Origin: Octopus vulgaris
Taxonomy: Eukaryota
NCBI GenBank assembly: GCA_951406725.2
Contig: OX597833.1
Span: forward strand, 1,364,001 to 1,428,000
Direction: 5' to 3'
DNA: 64,000 bases
Below the pieces are notes generated by a model. The model was not told the DNA's origin, made no database searches, and saw only the letters and a list, made by a program, of their open reading frames with translations. Position 1 is the first letter of the stretch. Each line of letters starts with the position of its first letter. Below, piece by piece: positions 12,332-29,726 of this stretch. Both the position numbers and the translations under genes were made by a program.

Positions 12332-12580
12332 ATGTCTGTGTTTGTGTGTCTGTGTTTGTCTGTGTTTGTCTGTGTTTGTCCCCCTAGCATTGCTTGACAA
12401 CCGATGCTGGTGTGTTTATGTCCCCGTCACCTAGCGGTTCGGCAAAACAGACCGATAGAATAAGTACTGGGCTTACAAAGAATAAGTCTCGGTGTCGAGT
12501 TGCTCGATTAAAGGCGGTACTCCAGCATGGCCGCAGTCAAATGACTGAAACAAGTAAAAGAGTAAAAGAGTAAAAGAGTA
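12110..12580 (+). mobile_element. SINE family A
   Basis: Full match to the 2072 copy with an expanded internal (TA)n. Confidence 0.92.
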
Positions 12581-13207
12581 TTATTTAGTGAAGACAAGTC
12601 AACGCCTCGCATATTGAAACGATCGTTGAACCTGGTGATAGATTACATAGAATTATTCAAATAATGTTATGCGAATGTTTATCGATAACTACACATTTGT
12701 TTTTTATTAAAACACATTTTATTTTTGATAGATTAGAGTTGTTTACTTAGATTACTGTTGTAAAGTGGGTTCCTCCCACTGATGTGATGTGTGACTGCCC
12801 TTGTACTGTAGTTATTGTTTTTGTGTTAGTAGTCACAATAATTATTAATCATCGGATACCGTTGTGTTTCATCGTACCAGAATAGTAATATACTAACATC
12901 TGTCTTTTTGCTGATAGCTCCACGAGACACTGACTAGAACTGTTGACTTTCAACTCAAGGACTCTCTTGACGACCGGCTACTGGTTTATTTATAATGGCT
13001 AACACCTACCGTATTTTAGCGGAAAGGGGTATACAATTTTACTATACTGTGGCATTCTGTATTTCATTTATTTTCGGGTTATCATTTAAGAAATCAAACA
13101 TGTATATAATACACATACACTTACATGCAAATACTGGTCTTCCGTCAGTTGCGACAACAAGCTTTACGGTCGTGTCGAATGTCCCTAACTACTAAGCCAC
13201 ACGCCTT

Positions 13208-15146
<1,939 letters not shown>

Positions 15147-17099
15147 ACGTAGCTTTTACTTTCTTCAAATATTGTTTCAATGACATTTTATTTCTTTCTT
15201 TATCCATAGTTTAAAAGAGAACATTTATCTCTTGAAATCTCGAATTAAATATCTCTCTTTTTATTTCTATTTTATTTTTTGCCGTGTATTTTATTATTTT
15301 AGGGTGGTGGGGGAAGAAGTTTGGGGGTAATTTCGTTTAAACCTATCATTATCGAGTCACTTGATGTCAAAATAATACAGAAATAAATGAATTAAAAGAA
15401 ATTAAAAAAAATTATCGCTGAAACAAGAATAAGAAGTACAACAGGAACTGCAACAACAACAAGATATAACCAATAACAACTACTACAGTAAGAAAAATTT
15501 CACCATTATTAGGTTTTTAACAGTTTAATGCCAGCATTTTTTCTGGTTCTCCGTTATCGGTTGCATCACTGTGCTTTTGATATGTGGGTTGCGTTATGTT
15601 TTGAAAACGTAGAAATTTGCTTTTTTTTTTTTTGACATCAATTTTGTATTAACATGAAGGATTGCATTTTGGACTTTGGTGCTCTTTGAATATTTAATCC
15701 GCTGAGTAGAAAATGTGTTAAGTGCTTGTGGTGTTATCATTTTATTGCATGACGTGGTTGCTTGTGTTCTGTAACACCATGGTTATTATTTAATGTGGTT
15801 AAGGGTCTGTTACAGCACTGGTTCATAGTTTGCTGTGTGACTGGGACGTAAAAACGGCGGCGCACACTTCCTTCCTTACTTACTTTGGGTTCGATTTATA
15901 CACAAGCCTATACTTTCTAAATCACTCGACACGACCTGAAATAGCTCTGCTTATCTTCGCATTTTCTATAGGAACAGAGATGGTTCTCCGGAAACTCGAA
16001 TTCTGTGAATCAGATTCACTGTTCCAACTCATCTCCGTCACCATCCTTCCGGGGCAACGCCTTTCCCATTTTGTCCTCTAGGACCATGAGGTAGGTTAAC
16101 AATCCCCTTTTACATATTTCTTTGCTATGAGGAAAAAAAACTATATCATGATTTAATGGCCTTGTTTCTTTACTTACTTTGCTCCTTATGTAGGCTAGGC
16201 CGTCGATGAAGTTTTTCCCACCGTTTTTAACTCTTCCTTTATTATTTCTGCTTATCTGCAGCTGGATGCCAAATTTTCCTTCCAGCTTTTTTTCGGATTT
16301 TGCTGCACCACATCATATTTCCATGAGGGAAGTCCTGTTTCTCCCCAGTACGTTAGTTTTAAATTGTCGTTCATGTTTCTATAATTTTGCTTTTTTTTTA
16401 TAGGTAGGCGTGTTACCCCTATGCAAACCCATTTTTCATCTCTGTGAAAATATACCCATATTATTCTGGTCACTAGCCCTTTATCGGTCCACCATGGGCG
16501 GCCTAATTAGGAGGAGCTTCCACTCCGGTGACATAGGTCCCATGTTCATTGAATCATATAAACCTCCACTCCGCCAGGAGAATGGACCCTATAGTGGAGC
16601 TGTTTAGTATAGGGTATAGCAAAACGACCTTCCACATGTTACATCAATACTAAGTCATCACGATTTCCTAACTTCATTAATGGCACATAAATTTGCCTTT
16701 CAAGTATATTGCTATTTTTAGTTGCATGGAGGATATATTTTGTCAGTATTGAGGGCCGTTTAATAATAGGGTGTCTCCAGTGTTTAAAACTATGCCAAAT
16801 GCTTTTCGATATTTCATCCAAAACATCGTTGCTTTGTTTTCCTTGGTTTCTTGTCTTTATATAAAAGCTCGGCTCGGTTCAGTCCCCGTAAACGACCTGA
16901 CGTACGAAGACGAACGAAAGAGCAACACCCAGGGCCTGTGTAGTTGCTACTTCTGCTGTAGTTGTTCGTTCTGTTCTACACTGAGATGTCAGAGACAGAA
17001 GAGTCTCGATATTAAAAATAACGAAACCCTGCTGAAGTTTTTAAAATTATTCTTTCTTTGATGTTGCTACTTTTTTTTTATCAACAAAACAAAACCTTT

Positions 17100-17480
17100 C
17101 GCATTACACGTTCAGTTCTTCAGATGATCCGACTTTAGTTTTTTATTTTTTCTGGCAATGAATGGAGACATCGATAAAGATCCCAGTCGAATTGAATCAG
17201 AGAAGATTTGTCTCTGCTTTGTCGATGGCCTTGCCCTCTCGGTGACTACATTTTAAAATTGAATTAGCGGTCACCATACAGGAAGAACAGGAGGAGTTTT
17301 ACAGGACGGGAACATGCATCAATCGGGACGAAGCGGTGAGCTTACAACCTGTTACCTCGAGAGGCAGGTGACTTGAGATGTCTATCGCAAGGAGAGACCT
17401 AGTCATGTTGCTGAAGATCTGGTTCGGGTAGGGTCTGAAAATTGATAGGAATAGCGAAGATAACTTTAGCAGGGGGATTT
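17100..17480 (-). pseudogene. Possible highly degenerate Penelope endonuclease C-terminal relic
   Basis: GC-richer island; minus strand gives ...IRLGSLS..., similar to the IFRLGxLxPxGxN end of PLE GIY-YIG domains, followed by CTGAAGA...GCGAAA. Confidence 0.3.
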
Positions 17481-17679
17481 TTGTTTTTTTTTTAGAAACG
17501 GCTGGACTCATGCAAAATCAAAAATCTGCGAAATTGATTCGGATGACACCTCTTCATTGATCAATATGGGTCCAGTGCACATGAGGATAAGCGTGAGGCA
17601 GCATGAAAACTGACAGCGGCTTATGTTCATCTGACCTAATGTCCGGTAGAATGACAGCATTTATATTATACAAAGGGTT

Positions 17680-17812
17680 AAGGGGCTGAGCTAACAGAAT
17701 CGTAAGCGTATCGGACAAAATACTTAGCGGGATTTCTTCTGTCTTTTTACGTTCTGGGTTCAAATCCCACCCAGGTAAACCTTAATATTCATCCTTTAAT
17801 TACCAGTTGAAA
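17680..17812 (+). mobile_element. Degenerate SINE family B head/body
   Basis: AAGGGGCTGAGCTAACAGAATCGTAAGC...TTACGTTCTGGGTTCAAATCCC matches the SINE-B head. Confidence 0.7.
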
Positions 17813-18324
17813 ATTAGAAAGAAAAGTTATATAAAGAGTTAACCACCTGATAGCTAAGGGGAAAGTAGTTATGTTTGCGGTGTGTTTAAACCTGTAGAAT
17901 TGTTTTCCCTTTTGGCCAAATAAGCCGTCATCAACTTTTTAAATACTACTTAACGAGGAGGCTAAGAATAGATGATGAAACAGTGTCTTTACGAAAGTTG
18001 AATAGAACTACACTACGCATGCGCCTGTCACTTGGAGAATAACTGTGGGATGAAGTAATAACCCTTTGGTGCTCAGTATAAACCAGTGTCCGTGGGGTTA
18101 CTTGATTTGCTCTGGAGGCTTTCTGGCATCAGGATACCTGTATCGAATATATGTTCCCATATTTTGGTTGCTATGGATAATTTTCCTCTCATTTTTCCAA
18201 TTCAAATAATAATAATTTTTTTCCTCCGCATCATTCTTTCGTAAACTTCATCGCGAATTCTAAAACCAGCCCTTCTATCGAGCCCCATCTTAGATTGCTC
18301 CTGTGAAAAATATTACAGAAATCA

Positions 18325-18400
18325 GCATCATCGTCGGCGTCATCACCACCAGCAATCATCATCATCATCATCATTATCATCATCGTCATCATCATCATCG

Positions 18401-18441
<41 letters not shown>

Positions 18442-18445
18442 GTCG

Positions 18446-18496
<51 letters not shown>

Positions 18497-18925
18497 ACAT
18501 CATCATCATCATCCTCATCATCATCATCATCACCACCACCAGCAGCGGCGCCACACACACCACCACCACCACCACCACCACCACCACCACCACCTTCTTC
18601 TTCTTCTTCTTCTTCTTTTCCTCCTCCTCCTTCTAACGGTTATCTTACAATTCCTTTTTCCCTCACCAAACCCCGCCGCCACCACCTCCCTGTGTATAAA
18701 TATCAACTGTTGACATTTTCTACATTACAGTACTGTCTAGAACACTACACTACCACCAGCACCGCCACCACCACCACCACTACCACTGCTATCGTGCGCA
18801 CCACTGCCGCTACTACCAACACCGTTACCACCACCACCACCACCACCACCACCACCACCACCAAAAACAACACCGTCACCATCAACAACACACCCACCGC
18901 TATTACGACCGCCACTACTACCACC
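18325..18925. repeat. (CAT)n/(CAC)n/(CTT)n trinucleotide tracts
   Basis: Directly visible. Confidence 0.9.
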
Positions 18926-18929
18926 TTAT

Positions 18930-19150
18930 CGTATTGGTTTCGAATTTTGACAATAGGCTAGCAGGTTCGGAAAAGGGGCGAAGTCGATTAAATCCCCTCC
19001 AGTTTTCATCTGGTGCGTATTTTATCGACCCTGAAATGATGGAAGGTGAAGTCAATATCAGCGGAATTTGAACTGAGAACATACAGACGGACGCAATGCC
19101 GCTAAGCATCCTACCCAGCGTACTAACGATTCTGTCAACTTTCCGTCTTC
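18930..19150 (-). mobile_element. Degenerate SINE-B (B2 tail type)
   Basis: Diverged match to the SINE-B body: TTTATCGACCCTGAAATGATGGAAGG...GGAATTTGAACTGAGAAC. Confidence 0.75.
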
Positions 19151-19154
19151 TTTA

Positions 19155-20101
19155 TCATTATTCTTTTCTATTCTAAGCACAAGGTCCGAAATTTTTTGGA
19201 AGGGGGCCAGTGGATTAGATCGACCTCAGTACGCAACTGGTATTTAATTTATCGAAACTGAAAGGATTAAAGGCAAAGTCAACCGTGGCTGAATTTGAAC
19301 TCAGAACATAAAGACAGACGAAATACCTATTTCTTTACTACCCACAAGGGGCTAAACACAAAGAAGACAAACAAGGACAGACAAAGGGATTAAGTCGATT
19401 ATATCGACCCCAGTGCGCAACTGGTACTTAATTTATCGAACCCGAAAGGATTAAAGGCAAAGTCGACATCGGCTGAATTTGAACTCAGTACATACAGACG
19501 AAATACCCATTTCTTTACTACCCACAAGGGGCTAAACACAGAGAGGACAAACAAGAACAGACAAACGGATTAGGCCGATTACATCGACCCCGGTGCGCAA
19601 CTGGTACTTAATTTATCGACCCCGAAAGGATTAAAGGCAAAGTCGACCTCGGCAGAATTTGAACTCAGAACGTAGCGGCAGACAAAATACCTATTTCTTT
19701 ATTGTCCACAAGGGGCTAAACACAGAGAGGAGAAACAAGGACAGACAAAGGGATTAAGTCGATTATATCGACCCCAGTGCGCAACTGGTACTTAATTTAT
19801 CGAACCCGAAAGGATTAAAGGCAAAGTCAACATCGGCTGAATTTGAACTCAGTACATACAGACGAAATACCTATTTCTTTACTACCCACAAGGGGCTAAA
19901 CACAGAGAGGACAAACAAGGACAGACAAACGGATTAGGCCGATTACATCGACCCCGGTGCGCAACTGGTACTTAATTTATCGACCCCGAAAGGATTAAAG
20001 GCAAAGTCGACCTCGGCTGAATTTGAACTCAGAACGTAAAGACAGACGAAATACCGCTAAGCTACCGCCCGTCGTGCTAACGATTCTGCCATCTCACGGC
20101 C
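19155..20101 (-). repeat. Head-to-tail SINE-B array: one head, four ~180-184 bp B1 units, one terminal B2 unit
   Basis: Tail junction AAATACC(T/C)ATTTCTTTA near 19328, 19508, 19692 and 19872; single head near 20050-20101; ABAB variant pattern among units. Confidence 0.9.
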
Positions 20102-20109
20102 TGCTTTAT

Positions 20110-20335
20110 CACTATTATTTTGGCTTCGAATTTTGGCTCAAGGCCAGAAATTACAGGGAAAGGGCTAAGTCAATTATATCAACCCAAGTACTTAACTGGT
20201 ACTTATTCTATCGACCTCGGAAGGATTAAAGGTAAAGTCGACCTCGGCGGAATTCGACCACGGGACGTAAAAGCGGACGAAATAACGCTAAGCATTATGC
20301 CCGACGTGCTAACGACTCTGCCACCTCGCCGTCTT
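20110..20335 (-). mobile_element. SINE-B (B2 tail type), diverged
   Basis: Head and body match; tail reads ...TTTCTGGCCTTGAGCCAAAATTCGAAG. Confidence 0.8.
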
Positions 20336-20381
20336 TTTTCTCCTTATTATAGAAATTAGAGCAGTTTCAGTTAATATCTAA

Positions 20382-20602
20382 TACTCCTTTACTCTTTTAC
20401 TCTTTTACTTGTTTCAGTCATTTGACTGCTGCCATGCTGGAGCACCGCCTTTAGTCGAGCAAATCGACCCCGGGACTTATTCTTTGTAAGCCCAGTACTT
20501 ATTCTATCGGTCTCTTTTGCCGAACCGCTAAGTAACGGGGACGTAAACACACCAGCATCGGTTGTCAAGCAATGCTAGGGGGACAAACACAGACACACAA
20601 AC

Positions 20603-20635
<33 letters not shown>

Positions 20636-20806
20636 CATATATACGACGAGCTTCTTTCTGTTTCCGTCTACCAAATCCACTCACAAGGCATTGGTTGGCC
20701 CGGGGCTATAGCAGAAGACACTTGCCCAAGATGCCACGCAGTGGGACTGAACCCGGAACCATGTGGTTGGTTAGCAAGCTACTTACCACACAGCCACTCC
20801 TGCGCC
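20382..20806 (-). mobile_element. SINE family A, full length
   Basis: Reverse complement of the 2072 copy. Confidence 0.92.
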
Positions 20807-21164
20807 TAATGCTGCTTTTTCGTTATTTTGTACTTAAGCATTCGATGTCTGTACTTAGATTACTTTCATTCTCTCTTTTATTTTGCGTCCATCTTCGCAA
20901 GACCAAAATCTCGAAGCATCACATTCGTTCTTGAGACGATGAAGACGACAGAGTCGGTTACTACTGTCGACATTCCTCTTTTATATTGTTGTTGTTATTC
21001 TGTGTTCAATGCTGTCGCTCAGCGTTTTTATGTTATGTTTTTTTCATTTGTTGTTTTCATGCTTTTCGCTATTTATTTTGCTACTTGTTTCTATTTTTTA
21101 TCAGTTCTCATTTCTTCTGTAGTTCTGCTTGTGCCATAACAGTTTGACAACCTAGGAGAGATAT

Positions 21165-21860
<696 letters not shown>

Positions 21861-23111
21861 TAGTTGATATTGCTGTTGTTGCTGTTTCTTTTGTGGTCTT
21901 TTCCTAATCTTTACGAGTATTCGCTCATTTTTTTTCCTGTCTTGCGTTACACTTTTTCATAAACTGTACAGAGATCAACCTCATGATATCAACATTAGTC
22001 GTTGCCCTCTGTCTTATATAAGCGTATCAATAATTGCCATATGTCAATCAACGTACTAATCTCTTTTAAACTGATATCTCTTGTAGAATCTTTTTCCGAA
22101 AATTTATTTTATTTTATATATTTTTTTTTATAATTTCACTTTTTGCAAACGATTTGGTGAGTGGTGGTGGAAGAATTAAAATGCTTTAGTTTGTTTGTAA
22201 TCCTGATATTTAATTATTTTATTGTTTTTAATTTATTTTATTTTATTTATATTTATTTTATATCAGGAGTTGTCAGAGATAACATCGTTGATTCCAGGAC
22301 ATTTGCGACACAATCTGGGATTTCTCACGAAAGTTAAATAAAGTAGTGGCTTCCAAAAATTTTTTATAAGGCCCACAAACATTACTATATTCATGTAAAT
22401 ACACATTTCCGACCGCGTATCACTTTTGGACCAATTTTGTTCTAGATCTACACTAGAAGCAGCAGAAAATATAATTCTGGAAAATGTCACGTCCAAATTG
22501 GTCACGAGCGTCACTCTAGATAATGGAGAATTGTGACAGGAAATGCTGTTGTCCAGCATTTCCTGTTGTCCAGCAAATTCATTAGCAATGTTTGAAATTT
22601 TTAACGTTAATGTAAATAAATACTATGGTTGTTTTAATGCTGCTCTGGAAAAATTCAGAGGAATTAGCAATAAAAAATTTCAGTTTGAAAAATTATTTCT
22701 TCCAATGTCACGTACATCATGCTTGTTGGAGGATCCGCTCACAAAAGTTCAACATACATTTAAAAAATTTTTTTTATATTTAACACTTGCCTGAGTAGTG
22801 AATTTTTACTGTGAGAAATGCATCAATAAAACTCTTGTAAAAGTTTTAGTTTTACCGTTTAGTTATTTCATAATTCCTGCTTCAGACTGTAAAGTATATC
22901 AAGCAAAAATTCAATCTTTCGGTCACTGCATTTCTAACAACGAGGTTAACCAGAATATGTTAGAGTAACTCGCTGCATAATAATTAGAAGATCTCGTTCA
23001 AACGTCACCGGTTCTACGGTATTCTCGCGTGCTATAGCATCCTATGCCGACATCTACTAAACATCTACACATGCCTCAGTCATTCTATAAATTTGGGTAG
23101 TTCCCTGCATA

Positions 23112-23526
23112 TACTCTCTTTTACTCTTTTACTTGTTTCAGTCATTTGACTGCGGCCATGCTGGAGCACCGCCTTTAGTCGAGCAAATCGACCCCGGGAC
23201 TTATTCTTTGTAAGCCTAGTACTTATTCTATCAGTCTCTTTTGCCGAACCGCTAAGTGACGGGGACGTAACCACACCAGCATCGGTTGTTAAGCAATGCT
23301 AGGGGGACAAACACAGACACACAAACACACACACACACATACACATACATATATACATATATACGACGGGCTTCTTTCAGTTTCCGTCTACCAAATCCAC
23401 TCACAAGGCTTTGGTCGGCCCGAGGCTATAGTAGAAGACACTTGCCCAAGATGCCACCCAGTGGGACTGAACCCGGAACCATGCGGTTGGTTAGCAAGCT
23501 ACTTACCACACAGCCACTCCTGCGCC
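23112..23526 (-). mobile_element. SINE family A, full length
   Basis: Reverse complement of the 2072 copy. Confidence 0.92.
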
Positions 23527-24245
23527 TATATGGTATATTTATTACATTTCTCTTGTCCCTTTTTTAATTGTTTCTAGCTATCCTTTAGCTTTATATTTCT
23601 TTTCACAATTTTAATCTGTATTTTGATCAGGGTTTCTGATTAAATATGGAGGATTATTCAACCACTTTTTTTCTATATATTGTGAAGCTACTTATTTCGT
23701 TTATACTGGTGATATTGATGTCCCTGGCTGTTTTTCATAAACGCTTTTGTTGTTGCTAATATTCCATCCTTTTTTCATTCAATTCCGTTTCTTTTATTGA
23801 ATTCATCAACGGATTTTTATTTTCTGTCCTTTTTTTTATTACGTTGTCTTCATGTAATTTTAATTTTCCCTATGAATACATCATGAGCAAAATGCTTTTC
23901 TTTTGTAATTACTGCGGCTGTTGCATATATTATTTCGTTAATCCTGATGAGATTTAAGTTGCTGACTATTTTATTAAGTCTGAAATGGACAAGTTTCCGT
24001 CTTTTCTTCTCCATTAAATGTTTCATGTTTTCATAATTACCATTTGGTTAGAGACTTCGCCAACGGTCTATTATTTGCTTTCATATTTTCTATACTTGTT
24101 TATCATGTTTTCAACTTATATTTTGACTTAGTTGCATGATTAGAACTTGATGAGTAACAGCCGTGGCAGTGTGTCGATTAATTCGTTTAATCGGTCATAT
24201 TGGGTTTAACGTAATCGACTTACTCCATTCAAAAGATGCTGGCCC

Positions 24246-24314
<69 letters not shown>

Positions 24315-24448
24315 TTATCATTATTATTATTATCATTGTTTTTTCTTCTTTCAAATTTGCTTCCATTTCTTGCCGAGTGTCTTCCCGACTCCTAGGGCAA
24401 AGAAACTCATAGTATACATTGGTAGGCCATACATTGGATCTTTTAAAA

Positions 24449-24453
24449 CACAA

Positions 24454-24508
<55 letters not shown>

Positions 24509-24590
24509 TACGACAGGCTTCTTTCAGTTTCCGTCTACCAAATCCACTCACAAGGCATTGGTCGGCCCGGGGCTCTAGCAGAAGACACTT
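24449..24590 (-). mobile_element. SINE family A internal fragment abutting (TTA)n
   Basis: CGACAGGCTTCTTTCAGTTTCCGTCTACC...AGAAGACACTT. Confidence 0.85.
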
Positions 24591-24594
24591 ATTA

Positions 24595-24661
<67 letters not shown>

Positions 24662-24698
24662 CATTATTATTATTATCATCATCATTATCATTATTATT

Positions 24699-24773
<75 letters not shown>

Positions 24774-24809
24774 TTATCATTATTATTATCATTATCATTA
24801 TTATTATTA

Positions 24810-24873
<64 letters not shown>

Positions 24874-24891
24874 CATTATTATTATTATTAT

Positions 24892-25125
24892 CTCGAGATT
24901 TGCTTTACCGCACAACAAACAGCCAGTGGACATATGTGGCCACATCGTTCTCTTCCTAAGGGATAAATTTTCTATAGAAGCTCTGCCGGGCATTCTATTT
25001 CAATCTCCTTCAAGCCTTTTGGCTATACCTTTGCTTACTGTTCCCAACGCACCAGTTACTACAAGCATGATCTTTACTGTCCGCAGGCTCCAAATTCTTC
25101 TTATTTGGGAACTTGAAAGGATTGT
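24892..25125 (-). pseudogene. R4/Dong-like LINE 3' end (restriction-like endonuclease C-terminus)
   Basis: Minus strand: QIRRIWSLRTVKIMLVVTGALGTVSKGIAKRLE...IECPAELL*K; W-x-PVVxGALG signature; its 3' side runs into (TAA)n. Confidence 0.72.
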
Positions 25126-25199
25126 ATTTTTAAAGGGATATTATTATCATCATTTCCATTTCACTTCTCGAAGTTCTTCAATTCCTTTGCTGGTCACGT

Positions 25200-25445
25200 A
25201 ACATCGGACAACATCCTGCTCTTAAGAATCTCACGAAGTGTTTTCTCACGATACTTAATATCCACGTACCCCTCTCAAAATCCTTTCTATCTTCAATAGA
25301 GCAGTTTTTTTTGTGAGAATGATACACCCTGATATCAGTTCCAGATTCTCTAATATATTTCTCAAATCAGTCCGTTAATGCTCACAGTGGCTCAACAACT
25401 ACTGGCTTGGCAGTTACTTCCATCATTGCCCACATCGGTCAATAA
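25200..25445 (-). pseudogene. Second, different R4/Dong-like LINE 3' end
   Basis: Minus strand: MWAMMEVTAKPVVVEPL*...KYIRESG.DIRV...KTALLKIERILR; its 5' side abuts (TAA)n. Confidence 0.62.
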
Positions 25446-26648
<1,203 letters not shown>

Positions 26649-26650
<2 letters not shown>

Positions 26651-26887
26651 GGCGGTAAGCTGCTAGAATCGTTTCTGCGCCAGGAAAAAAAACGCTTAGC
26701 GGTAATTTCTTCTGTCTACGCGTCCTGGGTCCAAATGCCACCGAGGTCAACTTTACCTTACATCCTTTCATCGTTTCGGGGTCGATGGATTAAGTACCAG
26801 TGAAACACCGCTTTGATATAGTCGACTAGGCCCAAATCCTCCAAAATTGCCGGCCTTGTGCTTTTAGTAGAAAGCATTATTATTATT
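26649..26887 (+). mobile_element. SINE-B (B2 tail type ending in (ATT)n)
   Basis: AAGGCGGTAAGCTGCTAGAATCG head; tail CCAAAATTGCCGGCCTTGTGCTTTTAGTAGAAAGCATTATTATT. Confidence 0.82.
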
Positions 26888-26898
26888 GCTGTAGTTGT

Positions 26899-27317
26899 TA
26901 CTCTCTTTTTTTTTTTACTCTTTTACTTGTTTCAGTCATTTGACTGCGGCCATGCCGGAGCATCGCCTTTAGTCAAGCAAATCGACCCCGGGACTTATTC
27001 TTTGTAAGCCCAGTACTTATCCTATCGGTCTCTTTTGCCGAACCGCTAAGTAACGGGTCGTAAACACACCAGCATCGGTTGCCAAGCAATGCTAGGGGGA
27101 CAAACACAGACACACAAACATATACACACACTTATATATATATATATATATATACATATATACGACAAGCTTCTTTCAGTTTCAAATCTACTCACAAGGC
27201 ATTGGTCGGCCCGGGGCTATAGCAGAAGACACTTGCCCAAGGTGCCACGCAGTGGGACTGAACCCGGAACCATGTGATTGGTTAGCAAGCTACTTACCAC
27301 ACAGCCACTCCTGCGCC
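26899..27317 (-). mobile_element. SINE family A, full length with a small internal deletion
   Basis: Reverse complement of the 2072 copy. Confidence 0.92.
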
Positions 27318-27475
27318 TATTTGTTATTATTTTATAATGATATTTTTGTTCTTGGTGTTGTTGTTTTTGTACGTCTTGTTGCAAGGTATGACCTTATTTG
27401 ATCACAATTTCAGCCGAGGGATCAAAAACGCAAGCAATAAAAGCAACAACAAGAATAATATTATTAATAATGATG

Positions 27476-27507
<32 letters not shown>

Positions 27508-27699
27508 ACCAGCGAAGAAATTATTCGGGAATGTTAATCAAAATATGAAACAAAACAAAACGGCTTATGACAAGCCAGCTCACTCGTCGACCACCAAACC
27601 TACCATCCAACCAACAAACCAACCAGCTAATCAACCAAAGATCAAACCAAACCATTCAACCAGGTAACGAAAGAAATCAACAAATACACTAGCACAGTC

Positions 27700-28145
27700 A
27701 TATATAAACACACACAAACTGACACAGACAGTGACACACGCACACACACACACACGCACATGTATGTGTGTGTGCACGTATGTATGTATGTATGTATGGT
27801 TTGGCATATAAAGAAGCTAATGGCGATGGATTGATAAAGAAACGAACATCAAAGAACGAAAAACAGAAATACATGGTCTCATACATATATACACACGTGT
27901 ATAACACACACACACACGCAGATGTGTGTATATATATATATATATATACACACACAGATAAAGATAGAAAGACAGGGAGAAAGAGGAGAGGAGAGAGCGA
28001 GAGAGGAGAGAGAGAGTAAGAGAAAGAAAGAGAGGGAGAAGGAAAAGGAGAAATGAGAGATGAGAAGCGATCGATTGAGAATGAGAGAAATAGAGATAGT
28101 GAAGAAAAGAGAACGTAACATATGTATCGATATATATATATATAG

Positions 28146-28207
<62 letters not shown>

Positions 28208-28217
28208 GCATATATAC

Positions 28218-28310
<93 letters not shown>

Positions 28311-28405
28311 AATGTACGTATATATATACATTTTTAGGTAGATAGATAGATAGATATACATACACACACTCAAGCACACACACGAAACACGCACACATGC
28401 ATATA
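27700..28405. repeat. (CA)n/(AG)n/(TA)n compound microsatellite
   Basis: Directly visible. Confidence 0.9.
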
Positions 28406-29219
28406 TGGTTAGAGTGGAAGATGAAAGAGCGGAAGGGGAGAGGGGTTAAGATTTCTAATGTCCCATGAGTGACGTAAACGCAAACATGATATTATCTTTC
28501 GGTAATATTTAAATTACTACTAAACTCAGGCAAGTGATTAGATTAAAGCAAGTTCAAAAACGAAAGTGAAAGTAGAGATCATTTCTAAATATTTTCATCT
28601 ATTTTTTTTGTTACGTATTTGTATGATTCTATGATTTTGTTGTTTGCCTTCCACAGAAGAACATGGTTGGGTCGTCCGGTCCATTTATTTTCAGAAATAA
28701 AAATGCATTTAGTGAGTTTAAGCGTAATCGATTTTTACTTTGCTTCTCGTCAGTATGTGTCTTAATTACGAAAATAAAATTTAAATGGTAATGTGATTAA
28801 ATCTTAAACTGACGTGCTGCAAGTGATGTTGAGCAAGAGATAAACTATCGATAAGGTGAGTTCACGAAATATGTATCGATTCTTTCCTCCCGTAAAACGA
28901 GTCAACCCATTTTGCTTTAGTTAATTATGACTTTGAGAAAGGCATGACTATCATACAATCTCGTGCCGTGCTTGAAAGTGGCGAATAGATTTCCTTACTC
29001 TATTTTGCAAATGGATTGTTGGAAAAGCAATTTAATCAAGTTCTGCTTTGAAAATCCGAATAATTCTAAGGGTTAATCAAATGAGATTAAAGGGGAAAAA
29101 ATATATATATGAAGGTCAAGTTCTACTAATGGATATGTCACTTATTCGCTGCTTATAGGTTTATCTGCAGGTGAAATTGAATTCAACAGAACAAGGCTCT
29201 GAAATTATTTATGATGAGG

Positions 29220-29313
29220 TTATAGTAGAAGAAATTTGCCCAAGGTGCCACGCAGTGGGACTGAACCCGGAACCATGTGGTTGGTAAGCAAGCTATTTAT
29301 CACACAGCCACTC
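29220..29313 (-). mobile_element. SINE family A head fragment
   Basis: TGCCCAAGGTGCCACGCAGTGGGACTGAACCCGGAACCATGTGG...CACAGCCACTCC. Confidence 0.85.
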
Positions 29314-29726
29314 CGAATAAATAAAATTGTTTTATACTCTGAAGAATGAATATTTATCACATAGCCATTGAAACAAATTCAGTGACCAGGTTTCGATTCC
29401 CACTCAGGTGGAAAGAAATCGCTTCACTGAAGAATGCTTTTTCATTTATAATCCACATTATCTTGGTGCTCTAGTAATGAGGGACTGGCTGGAAATTTTG
29501 CAGTATTGTGCATGAATTCTGCTTCGTAGTTTAAAATGTTGCCCATATGATATTTAGGTGTTCGCCGCAATCTTTCGTCGTTTGGGACAAGAAAGTAAGT
29601 GCATCTGATGAAGCTGAAATACGAAGTGACTAACCTGCACCTCGGTTCAGTCTTTCTTTCTTTCTACCAAAATTTCTTTTGTGCCTTTAAAGGCTCAAAT
29701 TTCAGAGCAAGACTAAACATATATAT

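Noticed and set aside
22260-22900. Possible hAT or other DNA-transposon relic
   Set aside because: No recognisable motif or TIR pair could be confirmed by eye.
23944-23990. CTGATGA-GATTTAA...TTAAGTC-T-GAAA as a hammerhead
   Set aside because: Extra base before GAAA and no stem III, cleavage triplet or stem I; at best a decayed relic.
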